This document shows positions 49,497 to 59,562 of a stretch of 64,000 nucleotides of DNA, in pieces. Below the pieces are notes generated by a model. The model did no database searches and was not told the origin of the DNA. It saw only the letters and a list, made by a program, of their open reading frames with translations. The stretch spans positions 64,001 to 128,000 of the forward strand of contig CAZALK010000007.1 in the NCBI GenBank assembly GCA_964486045.1, read 5' to 3'. The translations under genes and the position numbers were made by a program. Every line of letters begins with the position of its first letter. Position 1 is the stretch's first letter. The DNA is from an uncultured archaeon. GTDB lineage: Archaea > Asgardarchaeota > Lokiarchaeia > Sigyniarchaeales > SOKP01.

Positions 49497-50975
49497 ATGA
49501 ATATCTTAAAAAATTACATAAATGGAAAGTTTGTAGAATCAGAAAGTAGTCGATTCAACGAATTTATGAATCCTGCCTTAGATGAACCCCTTGGTAAAGT
49601 CCCCATATCAACAGAAGAGGAAGTAAATAAAGCTGTTGAAGATGCTAAAGCTGCATTTCTAAAATGGAGAAAAGTACCGGGAATTCAAAGAACTCAACCC
49701 CTATTAAGATTGGTGAGTTTAATTAAAGAAAATGTTGATTCTATCGCTGAATCTATCGTAATAAATCATGGGAAAGAATGGAAGGCTGCAGCAGGAGAAG
49801 TAGTCCGAACTTACCAAATGATTGAAACCTCACTTGCGGTACCTGAGTATCAAAAAGGTCAGTATATGTCTAATATTGCATTGGGTATTGATGAATATTC
49901 TATTCTTGAACCTTTAGGAGTCTTTATCATGATTCCTCCTTTCAATTTTCCAGCGATGGTTCCATTTTGGTTTTGGCCATTTGCTGTTGCTGCTGGGAAT
50001 ACATATATAATAAAATCAAATGAGCAAACCCCTCTGGCTTTACAAAATATTTTTGAATATATCGATAAGGCAGGCTTTCCACCAGGTGTTATCAATTATA
50101 TCCATGGTGATGTAGAAGTTGCGAATTTTTTAATTGAACATCCTAATGTTGTAGGTATATCGAGTGTAGGATCAACTCCAGTAGCTCAAGCTATTTACAA
50201 AAAAGCAAGTAGTTTATGTAAACGAGCTCAATGCCATGGAGGAGCAAATAATTTTCTGGTTATTACTGAGAATGCCAATATTGAGAAAATAATGCCTAAT
50301 TTAATGAATGGTCTCTTTGGTAACTCAGGGCAAAGATGCTTATCTGGGGCTGTAATTATGATTGTTGGAAAAAAAAGTTTTTATGATAATATCAAGAAAC
50401 AACTCATAAAAGCGACAAATTCACTTAAAGTCGGATATAGTATGAATAGAGATACGTTTATGGGACCAGTTGTCTCTAAAATATCGCTGAATAAACTACA
50501 TGGTCAAATTCAGAATGGAATTGATGAAGGAGCATCATTAATATTAGACGGGAGGGGAATTAAAGTACAAGGATATGAGAAAGGATATTTTCTAGGACCA
50601 TGCTTATTTGAAAATGCCAAACCTGGGATGACAATATATGATGAAGAGGTTTTTGGCCCTGTTGCATGCCTTGATCGGGTGGACACTTTAGAAGAAGCGG
50701 TGAAAATTATTAACCTAAATCCAAAAGGAAATGCAGTGACAATCTATACCGAAAGTGGGGAAGAAGCACGCTTTTTCCGGAGTGAAATTTTCAATATACA
50801 AATCGGTATAAATATCGGCGTTGTAGCACCTCTTGCGTGGTTCCCATTTGCTGGAGCGAAAGATTCCTTCTTCGGTACACTTCGAGCTCAGGGACGTGAA
50901 GCAATAAAATTTTTTACTCAAGAACGTGTAATAATTGAACGATTCCATGGGAGTACAAAAATCGAATGGGATTAG
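49497..50975 (+). CDS. mmsA: CoA-acylating (methyl)malonate-semialdehyde dehydrogenase
   Basis: PFNFPAMVPFW, VGSTPVA, KRAQC.GGA.N, GQRCL, EEVFGPV, GINIG..APLA.FPF. Confidence 0.88.
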   Translation: MNILKNYINGKFVESESSRFNEFMNPALDEPLGKVPISTEEEVNKAVEDAKAAFLKWRKVPGIQRTQPLLRLVSLIKENVDSIAESIVINHGKEWKAAAGEVVRTYQMIETSLAVPEYQKGQYMSNIALGIDEYSILEPLGVFIMIPPFNFPAMVPFWFWPFAVAAGNTYIIKSNEQTPLALQNIFEYIDKAGFPPGVINYIHGDVEVANFLIEHPNVVGISSVGSTPVAQAIYKKASSLCKRAQCHGGANNFLVITENANIEKIMPNLMNGLFGNSGQRCLSGAVIMIVGKKSFYDNIKKQLIKATNSLKVGYSMNRDTFMGPVVSKISLNKLHGQIQNGIDEGASLILDGRGIKVQGYEKGYFLGPCLFENAKPGMTIYDEEVFGPVACLDRVDTLEEAVKIINLNPKGNAVTIYTESGEEARFFRSEIFNIQIGINIGVVAPLAWFPFAGAKDSFFGTLRAQGREAIKFFTQERVIIERFHGSTKIEWD

Positions 50976-51005
50976 TTGGAAAAAATTAAAAAAACCTATG
51001 GTTAG

Positions 51006-52310
51006 ATGATAAAAATGGGAAAAAAAGAAGAAACCAAATTTGAAACTGCCTTCACGATGGCTACATCTAGTATCAAGTATGGTCCAGGTGTAACACGTGA
51101 AGTAGGGTATGATATGAAAAAGCTTGGAGCAACTCGCGTGATGGTGGTCACAGATCCAAACTTAACCAATAGCGAACCAGTGTCAGTTACACTTGAAGCC
51201 CTCCAACAGGAAAATTTAGAAGTAATTTTATATGATCGAGCTCGGGTTGAACCCACCGATAATTCTTTCAAAGATGCAATCAAATTTGCTACTAAGGGTA
51301 ACTTTGATGGATTCCTCGGAGTTGGTGGAGGCTCTAGCATAGATACCGCTAAGGTAGCTAACTTGTATTCATCTTATCCTAAGGATTTTTTAGCTTATGT
51401 TAATGCCCCAATTGGCCAAGGACTTCCTGTACCTGGCCCTTTGAAACCTATGATAGCAATTCCAACAACAGCAGGGACGGGAAGTGAAACGACTGGAGTT
51501 GCAATTTTCGACTTGGTAAAAATGCATGCAAAAACGGGTATTGCACATCGTGCATTAAGACCGTTTATGGGAATTATAGATCCGAACAATACTCGAACAG
51601 TGCCAAAAATGGCTGCTGCTTCATGTGGATTTGACGTTCTTTGTCACGCGTTGGAATCTATTACTGCACTCCCATATAATAAGCGACTTGCCCCTGAAAG
51701 CTTAGAATTACGTCCAGCTTACCAAGGAGCAAACCCAATAAGCCATCTTTGGGCATCTAAGGCAATTGAAATGGTTTCAAAAAACCTTGTACAAGTCGTC
51801 AAAGATCCCTCCAATGATGCTGCACGATCAGAGATGATCCTTGCTTCCACATTCGCAGGTATTGGCTTCGGTAATAGCGGCGTGCATCTTGCGCACGGAA
51901 TTTCGTATCCGGTTTCGGGAATGGTACGGGAATATATCCCTGAAGGTATTAAATCGGAGCACCCAATCATCCCCCACGGAATGGGTGTAGTCACCGTATC
52001 CCCAGCTGTGTTTCGTTTCACAGCAGAAACCAATCCAGAGCTACACTTATATACCGCGAAACTAATGGGTGCTGATATCTCTGGTGCGAAAGAAAAGGAT
52101 GCGGGAGAAATACTTGCAACTGAACTGATTAAACTGATGAAAGCCACGGGCATGCCTAATGGTCTAGAAGCGCTTGGCTTTGGACTAAACGATGTGGAGG
52201 ATTTAGTACAAGGAACCCTACCCCAGCATCGAGTCACTAAGCTTTCACCCCGTCCGGCCAGCGCTGAGGATCTCCGGAAACTTATCACCGAATCGATGAC
52301 TCTATGGTAA
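51006..52310 (+). CDS. Hydroxyacid-oxoacid transhydrogenase (HOT/ADHFE1-like iron-containing ADH)
   Basis: ATSSIKYGPGVTREVG.D, VEPTD.SF, AYVNAPIG.G.P, RPAYQGANP, GVHLAHG.SYPVSG, GTLPQ.RVTKLSPR. Confidence 0.9.
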   Translation: MIKMGKKEETKFETAFTMATSSIKYGPGVTREVGYDMKKLGATRVMVVTDPNLTNSEPVSVTLEALQQENLEVILYDRARVEPTDNSFKDAIKFATKGNFDGFLGVGGGSSIDTAKVANLYSSYPKDFLAYVNAPIGQGLPVPGPLKPMIAIPTTAGTGSETTGVAIFDLVKMHAKTGIAHRALRPFMGIIDPNNTRTVPKMAAASCGFDVLCHALESITALPYNKRLAPESLELRPAYQGANPISHLWASKAIEMVSKNLVQVVKDPSNDAARSEMILASTFAGIGFGNSGVHLAHGISYPVSGMVREYIPEGIKSEHPIIPHGMGVVTVSPAVFRFTAETNPELHLYTAKLMGADISGAKEKDAGEILATELIKLMKATGMPNGLEALGFGLNDVEDLVQGTLPQHRVTKLSPRPASAEDLRKLITESMTLW

Positions 52311-52323
52311 TAGAAGATATTTC

Positions 52324-52349
52324 TTAAGTTCACTTGCCTATGAACTAAA
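52324..52349. repeat. Palindromic site D
   Basis: TTAAGTTCA-cttgccta-TGAACTAAA, 13 bp after the HOT stop. Confidence 0.75.
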
Positions 52350-52533
52350 TATTTTTTTTTTTATTATTATTCTATCATTCTGCGTAAAATCTTTAATTTT
52401 AAACATTCAAAGATGGTAAAATTTTAATAATTTATTCATCTGACAATATTTCTATTGCGTATTCGTAAAAATCTTCATTTAAATTGATTTTAGAGTAGAA
52501 AAAAAAGATTAAATTAAGGAATATTTCCTATAG

Positions 52534-52559
52534 TTAAGTTCACAGTCGGATGAACTTAA
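52534..52559. repeat. Palindromic site E (perfect arms)
   Basis: TTAAGTTCA-cagtcgga-TGAACTTAA. Confidence 0.75.
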
Positions 52560-52926
52560 ATCAATTAAGATAGTTAAAAAGTTATTATCAAAATTGTTCT
52601 AATTTTTTTATCATGGTGTTTTAGTAAACCTCTTCTCCCCTTATTATTATTAGAATATGTGCTATAAAGAACATCGTGTAAGTATTATGATTATTACTTA
52701 GTGCGATCATGCATAACCAATTTGGTAAAAAAAGGGTGTCTATTAAGCATGTGCGTGGTAATCCTTCAAGTTATGCTATTTCAAAAGAATTTCTTCTGAT
52801 CTATGAGGATCTGAAAGTTTTAAGTTAGAGCTAAGATTAATATTGTATTAGAATAAAATCTTTATTTGATAAAGACGAAGATAGAATTTTAACTAAACTT
52901 TTTGAAATTAAATGAGTTAACGAAAA

Positions 52927-54609
52927 ATGAAAGGATTTAGAGGTGCGACAATTTCTCAATTTGAAACAGATTTTCTTCAAGAAATAGAAAAATTAACAGA
53001 AAACAAATTTTATTTCAGGCGAAAGGACGAACTTTCGTTTTCCGATATGTACTTTGCAACGGAAAATAACGAGATTATAGAATTAAGAATTTTTAAATGC
53101 GGATTATTGATTCTCCCAAAATCAATAGGTAATCTCACCTCTCTTAAAAAACTGAATTTAGTAAATAATGAGTTAGAAAAGCTTCCAGAGTCGATAGGAA
53201 ACTTGACATCTCTGAAAAAATTATATCTTACTGGTAATCCATTGAAACACCTTCCAGAGTCGATAGGAAACTTGACATCGTTAGAAGAAATTCTTTTAGA
53301 TTGGGAAAAAATAACTCATTTTCCAAAATCCATGAGTCACCTTAAAATCCCAGAAAAACTTTATTTACCTGACAAAAATTTAATGATTCTCCCTGAGTCT
53401 ATAAGCAACCTCTCCTCGCTTAGAGAACTTTTTTTATCATATAATAATCTAAAATCTCTCCCAAAATCTATAAGGAATCTCATATCTCTTAAAAAACTCC
53501 TTCTTGGGAGTAATCCGTTCTTAGTCTTCCCAGAATCAATTATAGAACTAAAACGCTTAGAAATGATAGATTTGAGTAATGCTAAGTTAAAACTTCTTCC
53601 AGAGTCGATAGGTAAATTTAATTCCCTTAAAAGACTATGGTTAAGGGGTAATAAGCTAAAAAACCTCCCAAAATCAATAGGTAACCTTACTTCTTTGGAA
53701 GAACTATATCTTGGGAGTAATCGATTATCTAGTCTCCCAGAGTCAATAGGCAACTTTACGTCTCTAAAAATACTTGATTTAAGCAAGAACAATCTTATAA
53801 CTCTTCCAGAATCGATTGGTAACCTTAGTTCTTTGGAAGCATTGTATCTTGGGGGTAATCAGTTATTAAGTCTCCCAGAATCAATAGGTAACCTTAAATC
53901 TCTGAAAATACTAGATTTGATTAGCAATCCGTTAAAAGACCTCCCAGACTCGACAGAAAATCTCACATCAAAGATCCTATATCCCTCTCTAAGAGAGGAT
54001 GTTTTAAGAAGACTTGAGCAGTGCGATTTTAACGAGATAAAAGAGTTCTTGCATACTGCCGAATCAAGTCCCTTAGGAGAAGAAGGCATATTTAGCCTTT
54101 TTGAGAGAATTAAGTCTATTAGCGTTGGAAGTCAAAATGGGGATAGATTTGAAGTTTTGGATTTATTAATGGATAACTTACAATTCAATTATGGAGTCGA
54201 GTTCACCCTATCTGAAATAGCAAATTTTCGCTTATGTGAGAATGAGAGGAACCCCTTTCTAGGGATTATGAATACTTCTACTTATTCGTACGAAGAAGGC
54301 AATTTTGAAGATGATACAATTCGACGGAGATATTGGAATAATAAACTCTATTATAATATTTTTAGAGGACATGTTCTGAGTATAGAACTACTTTGCGATA
54401 CTTCTCCTTCTGTCTTATTTTATAACAACCTAAAAAAAATATCCAGTTTCTCATTCTTAAAAGATTTAAATTTACTCTTTTTTTGCGAATATAAATATGA
54501 TCACATAAAGAAAGATATTAGAGATTTAGATTTTCTTAAAAGAATAAAAGTATACGAATTTTATAAATCTTTTACTCAGCCATCTTTAAGAACTATTCTC
54601 AAGAAGTAG
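52927..54609 (+). CDS. Leucine-rich repeat protein (23-aa LPESIGNLxxL repeats) with a unique C-terminal region
   Basis: About 12 LPESIGNL.SL..L.L..N.L repeats, also repeated at the DNA level. Confidence 0.92.
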   Translation: MKGFRGATISQFETDFLQEIEKLTENKFYFRRKDELSFSDMYFATENNEIIELRIFKCGLLILPKSIGNLTSLKKLNLVNNELEKLPESIGNLTSLKKLYLTGNPLKHLPESIGNLTSLEEILLDWEKITHFPKSMSHLKIPEKLYLPDKNLMILPESISNLSSLRELFLSYNNLKSLPKSIRNLISLKKLLLGSNPFLVFPESIIELKRLEMIDLSNAKLKLLPESIGKFNSLKRLWLRGNKLKNLPKSIGNLTSLEELYLGSNRLSSLPESIGNFTSLKILDLSKNNLITLPESIGNLSSLEALYLGGNQLLSLPESIGNLKSLKILDLISNPLKDLPDSTENLTSKILYPSLREDVLRRLEQCDFNEIKEFLHTAESSPLGEEGIFSLFERIKSISVGSQNGDRFEVLDLLMDNLQFNYGVEFTLSEIANFRLCENERNPFLGIMNTSTYSYEEGNFEDDTIRRRYWNNKLYYNIFRGHVLSIELLCDTSPSVLFYNNLKKISSFSFLKDLNLLFFCEYKYDHIKKDIRDLDFLKRIKVYEFYKSFTQPSLRTILKK

Positions 54610-54871
54610 TATGAGAAATGTTTACTAGATATTATTATTAAAAAAAATTTATATAAAAAAATAATTAAAAAATTTAAGCAATGTCATAATTTTCCTAAAA
54701 AATCAAACTTTAACCATGGAAAATTTACGTCAAAATCGTCGTTTAATGTCTTTAAACCACTCCTAAATTAGTTAATTATTCTTTTTGAGAAAATTTATTA
54801 CAATTCTATATCTTTTATTTTTAAAAAAGACATTTAGTTATCAATTTCAATTTTCTTTTAAATGAGACTTA

Positions 54872-56281
54872 GTGGTTCAGATGAGTAGAGATTTAAAAAT
54901 CGCGAGACCCCAAATAGAAAGATTAATCAACATGTACAAATTAGATGAAGCCCAAAAGAACCTAATATTTCAAGAATTCACTAAATTTAAGCCCCAAACA
55001 TCAGTTAGACAATTTATTAAAGAATTTTCTGCAAAAACTGAGTTTACGGAAGACGTACTTCAAAAATTTTTTTGGTTTTCATTTGATACTTATTCAGTTT
55101 TCTTAGAGAATGGTGAACCGTTCAATCAAACCTTCAATGATATCATAAAATCCCCGATTGAAAATGAATTTCCTGACTTGGCAAAGCAATTTAAAGATTT
55201 TGACGATTTAAAAGATTTCTACTCACGAATAGTTAAAATAGTAGATTTTGAATATTATAAAGTTTTTACTATTGAGGGTATCAATCAGATTAATATAGGA
55301 TTCTCTAACATTGTTAGTTTATATATTTTTACCATTAATGATAAGATTGTTCTCATCGATGCGGGTTATTCAACAAAATATTGGCAAAATGCTTTTTTTA
55401 AAGCCTTAAATGATCTAGGGTTTAATCTTGAAGATATAGATTACTGTATTGTAACTCATGAGCACCCTGATCATGTAGGATTGATTTCTAACCTAAAGAG
55501 AGCAAATCCAGATGTTAAAATTTGTATACATAAAACCGCCAATGAGCTAGGAAAACTAAGGAAAGAATTAATGGAAAATACTAACTTGGGGGAAAAAATG
55601 GAGGAAAGAGGACAATTACTAGTTAGTTACGGTCTCAAGAAGGAGGAAGTCGCTTTAATGATGCAAAGATTTGGTAGAGGGGGAATGAGATTTGAATATA
55701 TTGAACCCGATTTATTACTTAATAATGATGATAAAATCGTAGGTGGTGAATTACAAATTGTCCACTCTCCAGGTCATTCAGTTGGGCATATATGCATATA
55801 TTATCCCAAAAAAGGCATTTTATTCTCTGGAGACCATATATTAAGTAAGATTACACCACACTTGGGCACCCTGGTAATTCCAGGTGCTGAAGAGTTTAAC
55901 AAAAAAAACAACTATGAAAACATCTTAGAACACTATCTCAGATCTCTGGATCGAATCGATGAGTTGAATGCAAGAATAATATTGCCCGGACACGAACAAA
56001 TCATCTACAATCCCCATGATAGAATAACGGCAATAAAAAATCATCATCAGAATCGCCTTTATGAAATATCAAAAATCATTCAAAATAATCCAATAACACC
56101 CCTTCAGATTGCTCTTCATCATTTCGGTAACGATTTGGACCAAATGAATCAAATCCTTGCAATTAGTGAATCAATAGTTCATTTGGATTATTTAGAAGTT
56201 CATAATAAGGTATACAAAAAGAAAGAAGACGGATTACTTCTTTACTGGTCTGATAATCCATGGGAGAAAATTGAATATTAA
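54872..56281 (+). CDS. Metallo-beta-lactamase-fold hydrolase with helical N-extension and C-terminal winged helix
   Basis: LIDAG, THEHPDHVG, SPGHSVGH, SGDH, PGH. Confidence 0.88.
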   Translation: MVQMSRDLKIARPQIERLINMYKLDEAQKNLIFQEFTKFKPQTSVRQFIKEFSAKTEFTEDVLQKFFWFSFDTYSVFLENGEPFNQTFNDIIKSPIENEFPDLAKQFKDFDDLKDFYSRIVKIVDFEYYKVFTIEGINQINIGFSNIVSLYIFTINDKIVLIDAGYSTKYWQNAFFKALNDLGFNLEDIDYCIVTHEHPDHVGLISNLKRANPDVKICIHKTANELGKLRKELMENTNLGEKMEERGQLLVSYGLKKEEVALMMQRFGRGGMRFEYIEPDLLLNNDDKIVGGELQIVHSPGHSVGHICIYYPKKGILFSGDHILSKITPHLGTLVIPGAEEFNKKNNYENILEHYLRSLDRIDELNARIILPGHEQIIYNPHDRITAIKNHHQNRLYEISKIIQNNPITPLQIALHHFGNDLDQMNQILAISESIVHLDYLEVHNKVYKKKEDGLLLYWSDNPWEKIEY

Positions 56282-56413
56282 TTTAGATTTGTGTCTTTTG
56301 ATATTTAAAAGCTATTATTAGACATTTAAAAGGTTAAAAACATTTAGTCTAACTATAAGCTAACTTAGATTTTTAAGTATAATTTTGAAGAAAATACAAA
56401 TTATGGTGTAAAT

Positions 56414-57241
56414 ATGACAAATTTTATGGATATAGAAGAACCAGGTGTAGCAGTAATCACTGGTGCGAGTTCCGGTATAGGTGATTCTTTCGCACGTATC
56501 TTAAGTTCTCAAGGTTTTGATTTAGTTATTACTGCTCGAAGAAAAGACAGATTGGAAGCTCTTGCCGCAGAACTGAAGCAAAAAGATGGAGTAAAGGTTG
56601 AGATTTTATCAGGTGATCTTTCAAAACCTGAATTTATGGAAGAAGTTGCTTCGTATATCGAAGGCATTAAAAATCTTGATGTTTTGGTGAACAATGCGGG
56701 ATTTGGAGGTTTAGAAGATTTTATCAGTAAAAATTCCAATATCAAAATTTTTATGACAATGCTCAATCTTCATTGTGGTGCCGTAGTTCGTTTAATGCAT
56801 GCAGCACTGAAACAGATGCGAACTAACGACAGAGGAGCAATTTTTAACATCTCTTCTATAGCATCACTAATATTACACGGTTCACGAGAACCAATGTATC
56901 ACTCTACAAAAGCATTTGTATCAGCTTTTACAGAGATGGTACAGCTCAAATTAAACTTCATTAAATCAAAAGTGAAGCTTAAAAGTATTTGTCCAGGAAA
57001 TACCAATACGGAAATCTTCGGTCCTGCGGCTATTGCTACACCTGGAAAGTTTGGTGGACCGATGGACCCTGAAGAAGTAGTAAAAATTGCATTAGATTCA
57101 TACAAAAATAAAGATACTATAGTAATTACAGGCGACCATAATATAGAGGAAGTAGTGGAGTGGCGTGAATCAGCGTATAAAAAACCAGGTAGATACTTTT
57201 CAAAAGAATTCTCAAAATCAGGATTATACAAGAAATTATAA
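56414..57241 (+). CDS. Short-chain dehydrogenase/reductase
   Basis: TGASSGIG, NNAGFG, YHSTK. Confidence 0.92.
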   Translation: MTNFMDIEEPGVAVITGASSGIGDSFARILSSQGFDLVITARRKDRLEALAAELKQKDGVKVEILSGDLSKPEFMEEVASYIEGIKNLDVLVNNAGFGGLEDFISKNSNIKIFMTMLNLHCGAVVRLMHAALKQMRTNDRGAIFNISSIASLILHGSREPMYHSTKAFVSAFTEMVQLKLNFIKSKVKLKSICPGNTNTEIFGPAAIATPGKFGGPMDPEEVVKIALDSYKNKDTIVITGDHNIEEVVEWRESAYKKPGRYFSKEFSKSGLYKKL

Positions 57242-57292
57242 ATCTGTCATTTCATATTTTAAAATTCTAAAGCAATATCAGAATGATTATTA

Positions 57293-58042
57293 ATGCCTGT
57301 CGAACCTAAATTGGCCGCAACTGTAATTTTGTTACGTAAGCGAACACCAGACTCAGAATCTGAAGATGATTGTGAGTTTGAGGTATTCATGGCTAAGCGA
57401 CATGAAAATGCCAGATTTATGAGCAAACATCACGTTTTTCCTGGAGGTAGTCTAGATAAACAAGACTTAACTGAAGATTCAAAAACAAGAATAATAGGAC
57501 TTGATACAAAGGTCATTAATAATTTAAAAGAAGTATGTGAAGATCCGTGGAATCTTTGGATTATCGCAATCCGAGAATTATTTGAAGAAGCTGGGATTTT
57601 AATCGCTACTAATAAATCTGGAAAGTCAATTGGAAAAATTGAGGATAAAACTGGGAAATTAAAAAAGTATCAAGAGGAACTTCAAAGAAAACAATTAGCG
57701 ATGACAGATGTTTTGATCAAAGAAGATCTTTATTATAATGCAAACAAATTAAAATATTTTGGAAGATTGATAACTCCTGAGATATCTCCCATTAGGTTTG
57801 ATACTCAATTCTTTATATGTAAATTTCCTAAAAATCAGAATATTAATTTGTTTAGTGATGAATTAACCGAATGTTTATGGGGAACTCCAAAACAATTATT
57901 GAAGCAATATAGAAAAAGGCAAATCAAATTAATTTTTCCTCAATATTCCTCACTTCAACGGCTTCAAAAGTTTAAAACAATTCAGGACGTACTAGATAAT
58001 TCGAAAGAAGTTTCTAGCCACAATCGATTGGATGATATATGA
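57293..58042 (+). CDS. NUDIX hydrolase (NUDT19-like)
   Basis: AATVILLR, VFPGG..D..D, AIRELFEEAG, ITP...RFDTQFF. Confidence 0.88.
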   Translation: MPVEPKLAATVILLRKRTPDSESEDDCEFEVFMAKRHENARFMSKHHVFPGGSLDKQDLTEDSKTRIIGLDTKVINNLKEVCEDPWNLWIIAIRELFEEAGILIATNKSGKSIGKIEDKTGKLKKYQEELQRKQLAMTDVLIKEDLYYNANKLKYFGRLITPEISPIRFDTQFFICKFPKNQNINLFSDELTECLWGTPKQLLKQYRKRQIKLIFPQYSSLQRLQKFKTIQDVLDNSKEVSSHNRLDDI

Positions 58043-58098
58043 GGGATATTTTTCTCTGTTTATTAAGAAATTTAATTAAATTTTTCAGAAATTTTTCT

Positions 58099-58932
58099 TT
58101 ATGGAAGTCCAACTCCAGGTATTTCAACTTCCACTATTTCAATTCGTCCTTCTAATCGGTCAGATGTAGACGTAGCTACAAAGAGAGTACGGCGATCAAT
58201 TCCTCCTAACATGCAAGCAAAGGGTTGGCTTGAAACCTTAATTTCATGAGTCACTTTACCACCTTCAAGAACTCGAAAAATCTTACCTCTGCCTGGTGAG
58301 GCTATCCAAATTCTTCCTTCTGCATCAAGACAAATCCCATCGGGAGTCATAGAATTCAAATTTGCCCATATTCGTCGTCCTTCCAATAGACCGTTATCCA
58401 AAATATCAAAGGCAGTCAGTTTACTTCTAAAAGTTTCGGCAACAATAAGAGTTTTATCATCTGGAGTAATAACAGTGCCATTTGGAAAGGCCAATTTATC
58501 AGCAACAATTTGGGCATTACCCTCCGGGGTTACTAAAATAATTTCTGCTGGTTTGAATTTCTCACTTTGATAATCAAACCCAAAATTTCCAACATATGCT
58601 CTTCCTTTCTTATCTACAACCATGTCATTACATTTAAAGGTCGCTAATGAGCTTAAATCTGCGACTTCTTTTAATCCGTCAGGGGTAAGTTTTAACAAGC
58701 GCATATCATCCATTGAAACTATTAACAAAGTACCATCGGGAAGCCAACCCAAACCAGAAGGAGAATCTTTCATCTCAATAATAGTCTCAGTATTCCCTTT
58801 TAGATCAACGGTCATAACCTTTTTCATGTCCATATCGGAAAACCATAATTTTTCCTCTCTCCAACGTGGTCCTTCTGGGAACTTTAAACCCTCTAGAAAT
58901 ATTTCCGTTTCTAATAAATCTGGTTTACTCAT
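58099..58932 (-). CDS. SMP-30/gluconolactonase family protein
   Basis: FPEGPRW, NDMVVD, FPNG, PDGICLDAEG. Confidence 0.9.
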   Translation of the reverse strand: MSKPDLLETEIFLEGLKFPEGPRWREEKLWFSDMDMKKVMTVDLKGNTETIIEMKDSPSGLGWLPDGTLLIVSMDDMRLLKLTPDGLKEVADLSSLATFKCNDMVVDKKGRAYVGNFGFDYQSEKFKPAEIILVTPEGNAQIVADKLAFPNGTVITPDDKTLIVAETFRSKLTAFDILDNGLLEGRRIWANLNSMTPDGICLDAEGRIWIASPGRGKIFRVLEGGKVTHEIKVSSQPFACMLGGIDRRTLFVATSTSDRLEGRIEIVEVEIPGVGLP

Positions 58933-59031
58933 ATCTCATCAAACTTACTTAACAATTGATCGTTATTCTAATTTAAAAAATAAGAAGGAACCTGAGATAA
59001 AAATTTTACTCAATAAAATGAAATTTTGATT

Positions 59032-59391
59032 TTAGTACATTACAATACCAGTTTGTTGAGTTTCATTAAAAATTTCATTAGCTTTTACATAAATATAAGA
59101 GGTTTCCCATAATTCAGATGTAACTCTTATAATTTTTCCAATAACTTTTATGGCATCCCCAACACTTACATGACATAATTTTGAGCATTTTACCACTATA
59201 ACTGAGTTTGCTTTTAATATTTCCCCTTTAGCTTTCTTAAAGCGGACTTCGAGATCTTCAGCAAGTACTATTGGGAATACCAATCTATGGCGTACATAAT
59301 CTCCAGGGGAAACAACTGCATATATGGGCTTACCTTTTACTAAACCTTTTATAATTATTCCCGTTTCCTTACTTACTTCTGCAACAGACAT
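59032..59391 (-). CDS. Small hypothetical protein, possible OB-fold
   Basis: Beta-rich; V..GD.IKVIGKI pattern. Confidence 0.5.
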   Translation of the reverse strand: MSVAEVSKETGIIIKGLVKGKPIYAVVSPGDYVRHRLVFPIVLAEDLEVRFKKAKGEILKANSVIVVKCSKLCHVSVGDAIKVIGKIIRVTSELWETSYIYVKANEIFNETQQTGIVMY

Positions 59392-59562
59392 ACATCAATT
59401 TCACTACTTTTCTAATATTATATTTATCGATATTGTATAAATCAATTACTTTTTTTTCAGAAAATACTGTATATTTACTATTTTTAAAAGGATAGTTACT
59501 TCAGCTATAAAAAGATAGTTTTATTTAGTGTCCAATTCAATTAGTATAGAAGGTGAATTGTT

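Noticed and set aside
12107-52559. The palindromes as CRISPR repeats or integron attC sites
   Set aside because: They are not regularly spaced, there are no cas genes, and they are too short and in the wrong AAC/GTT order for attC
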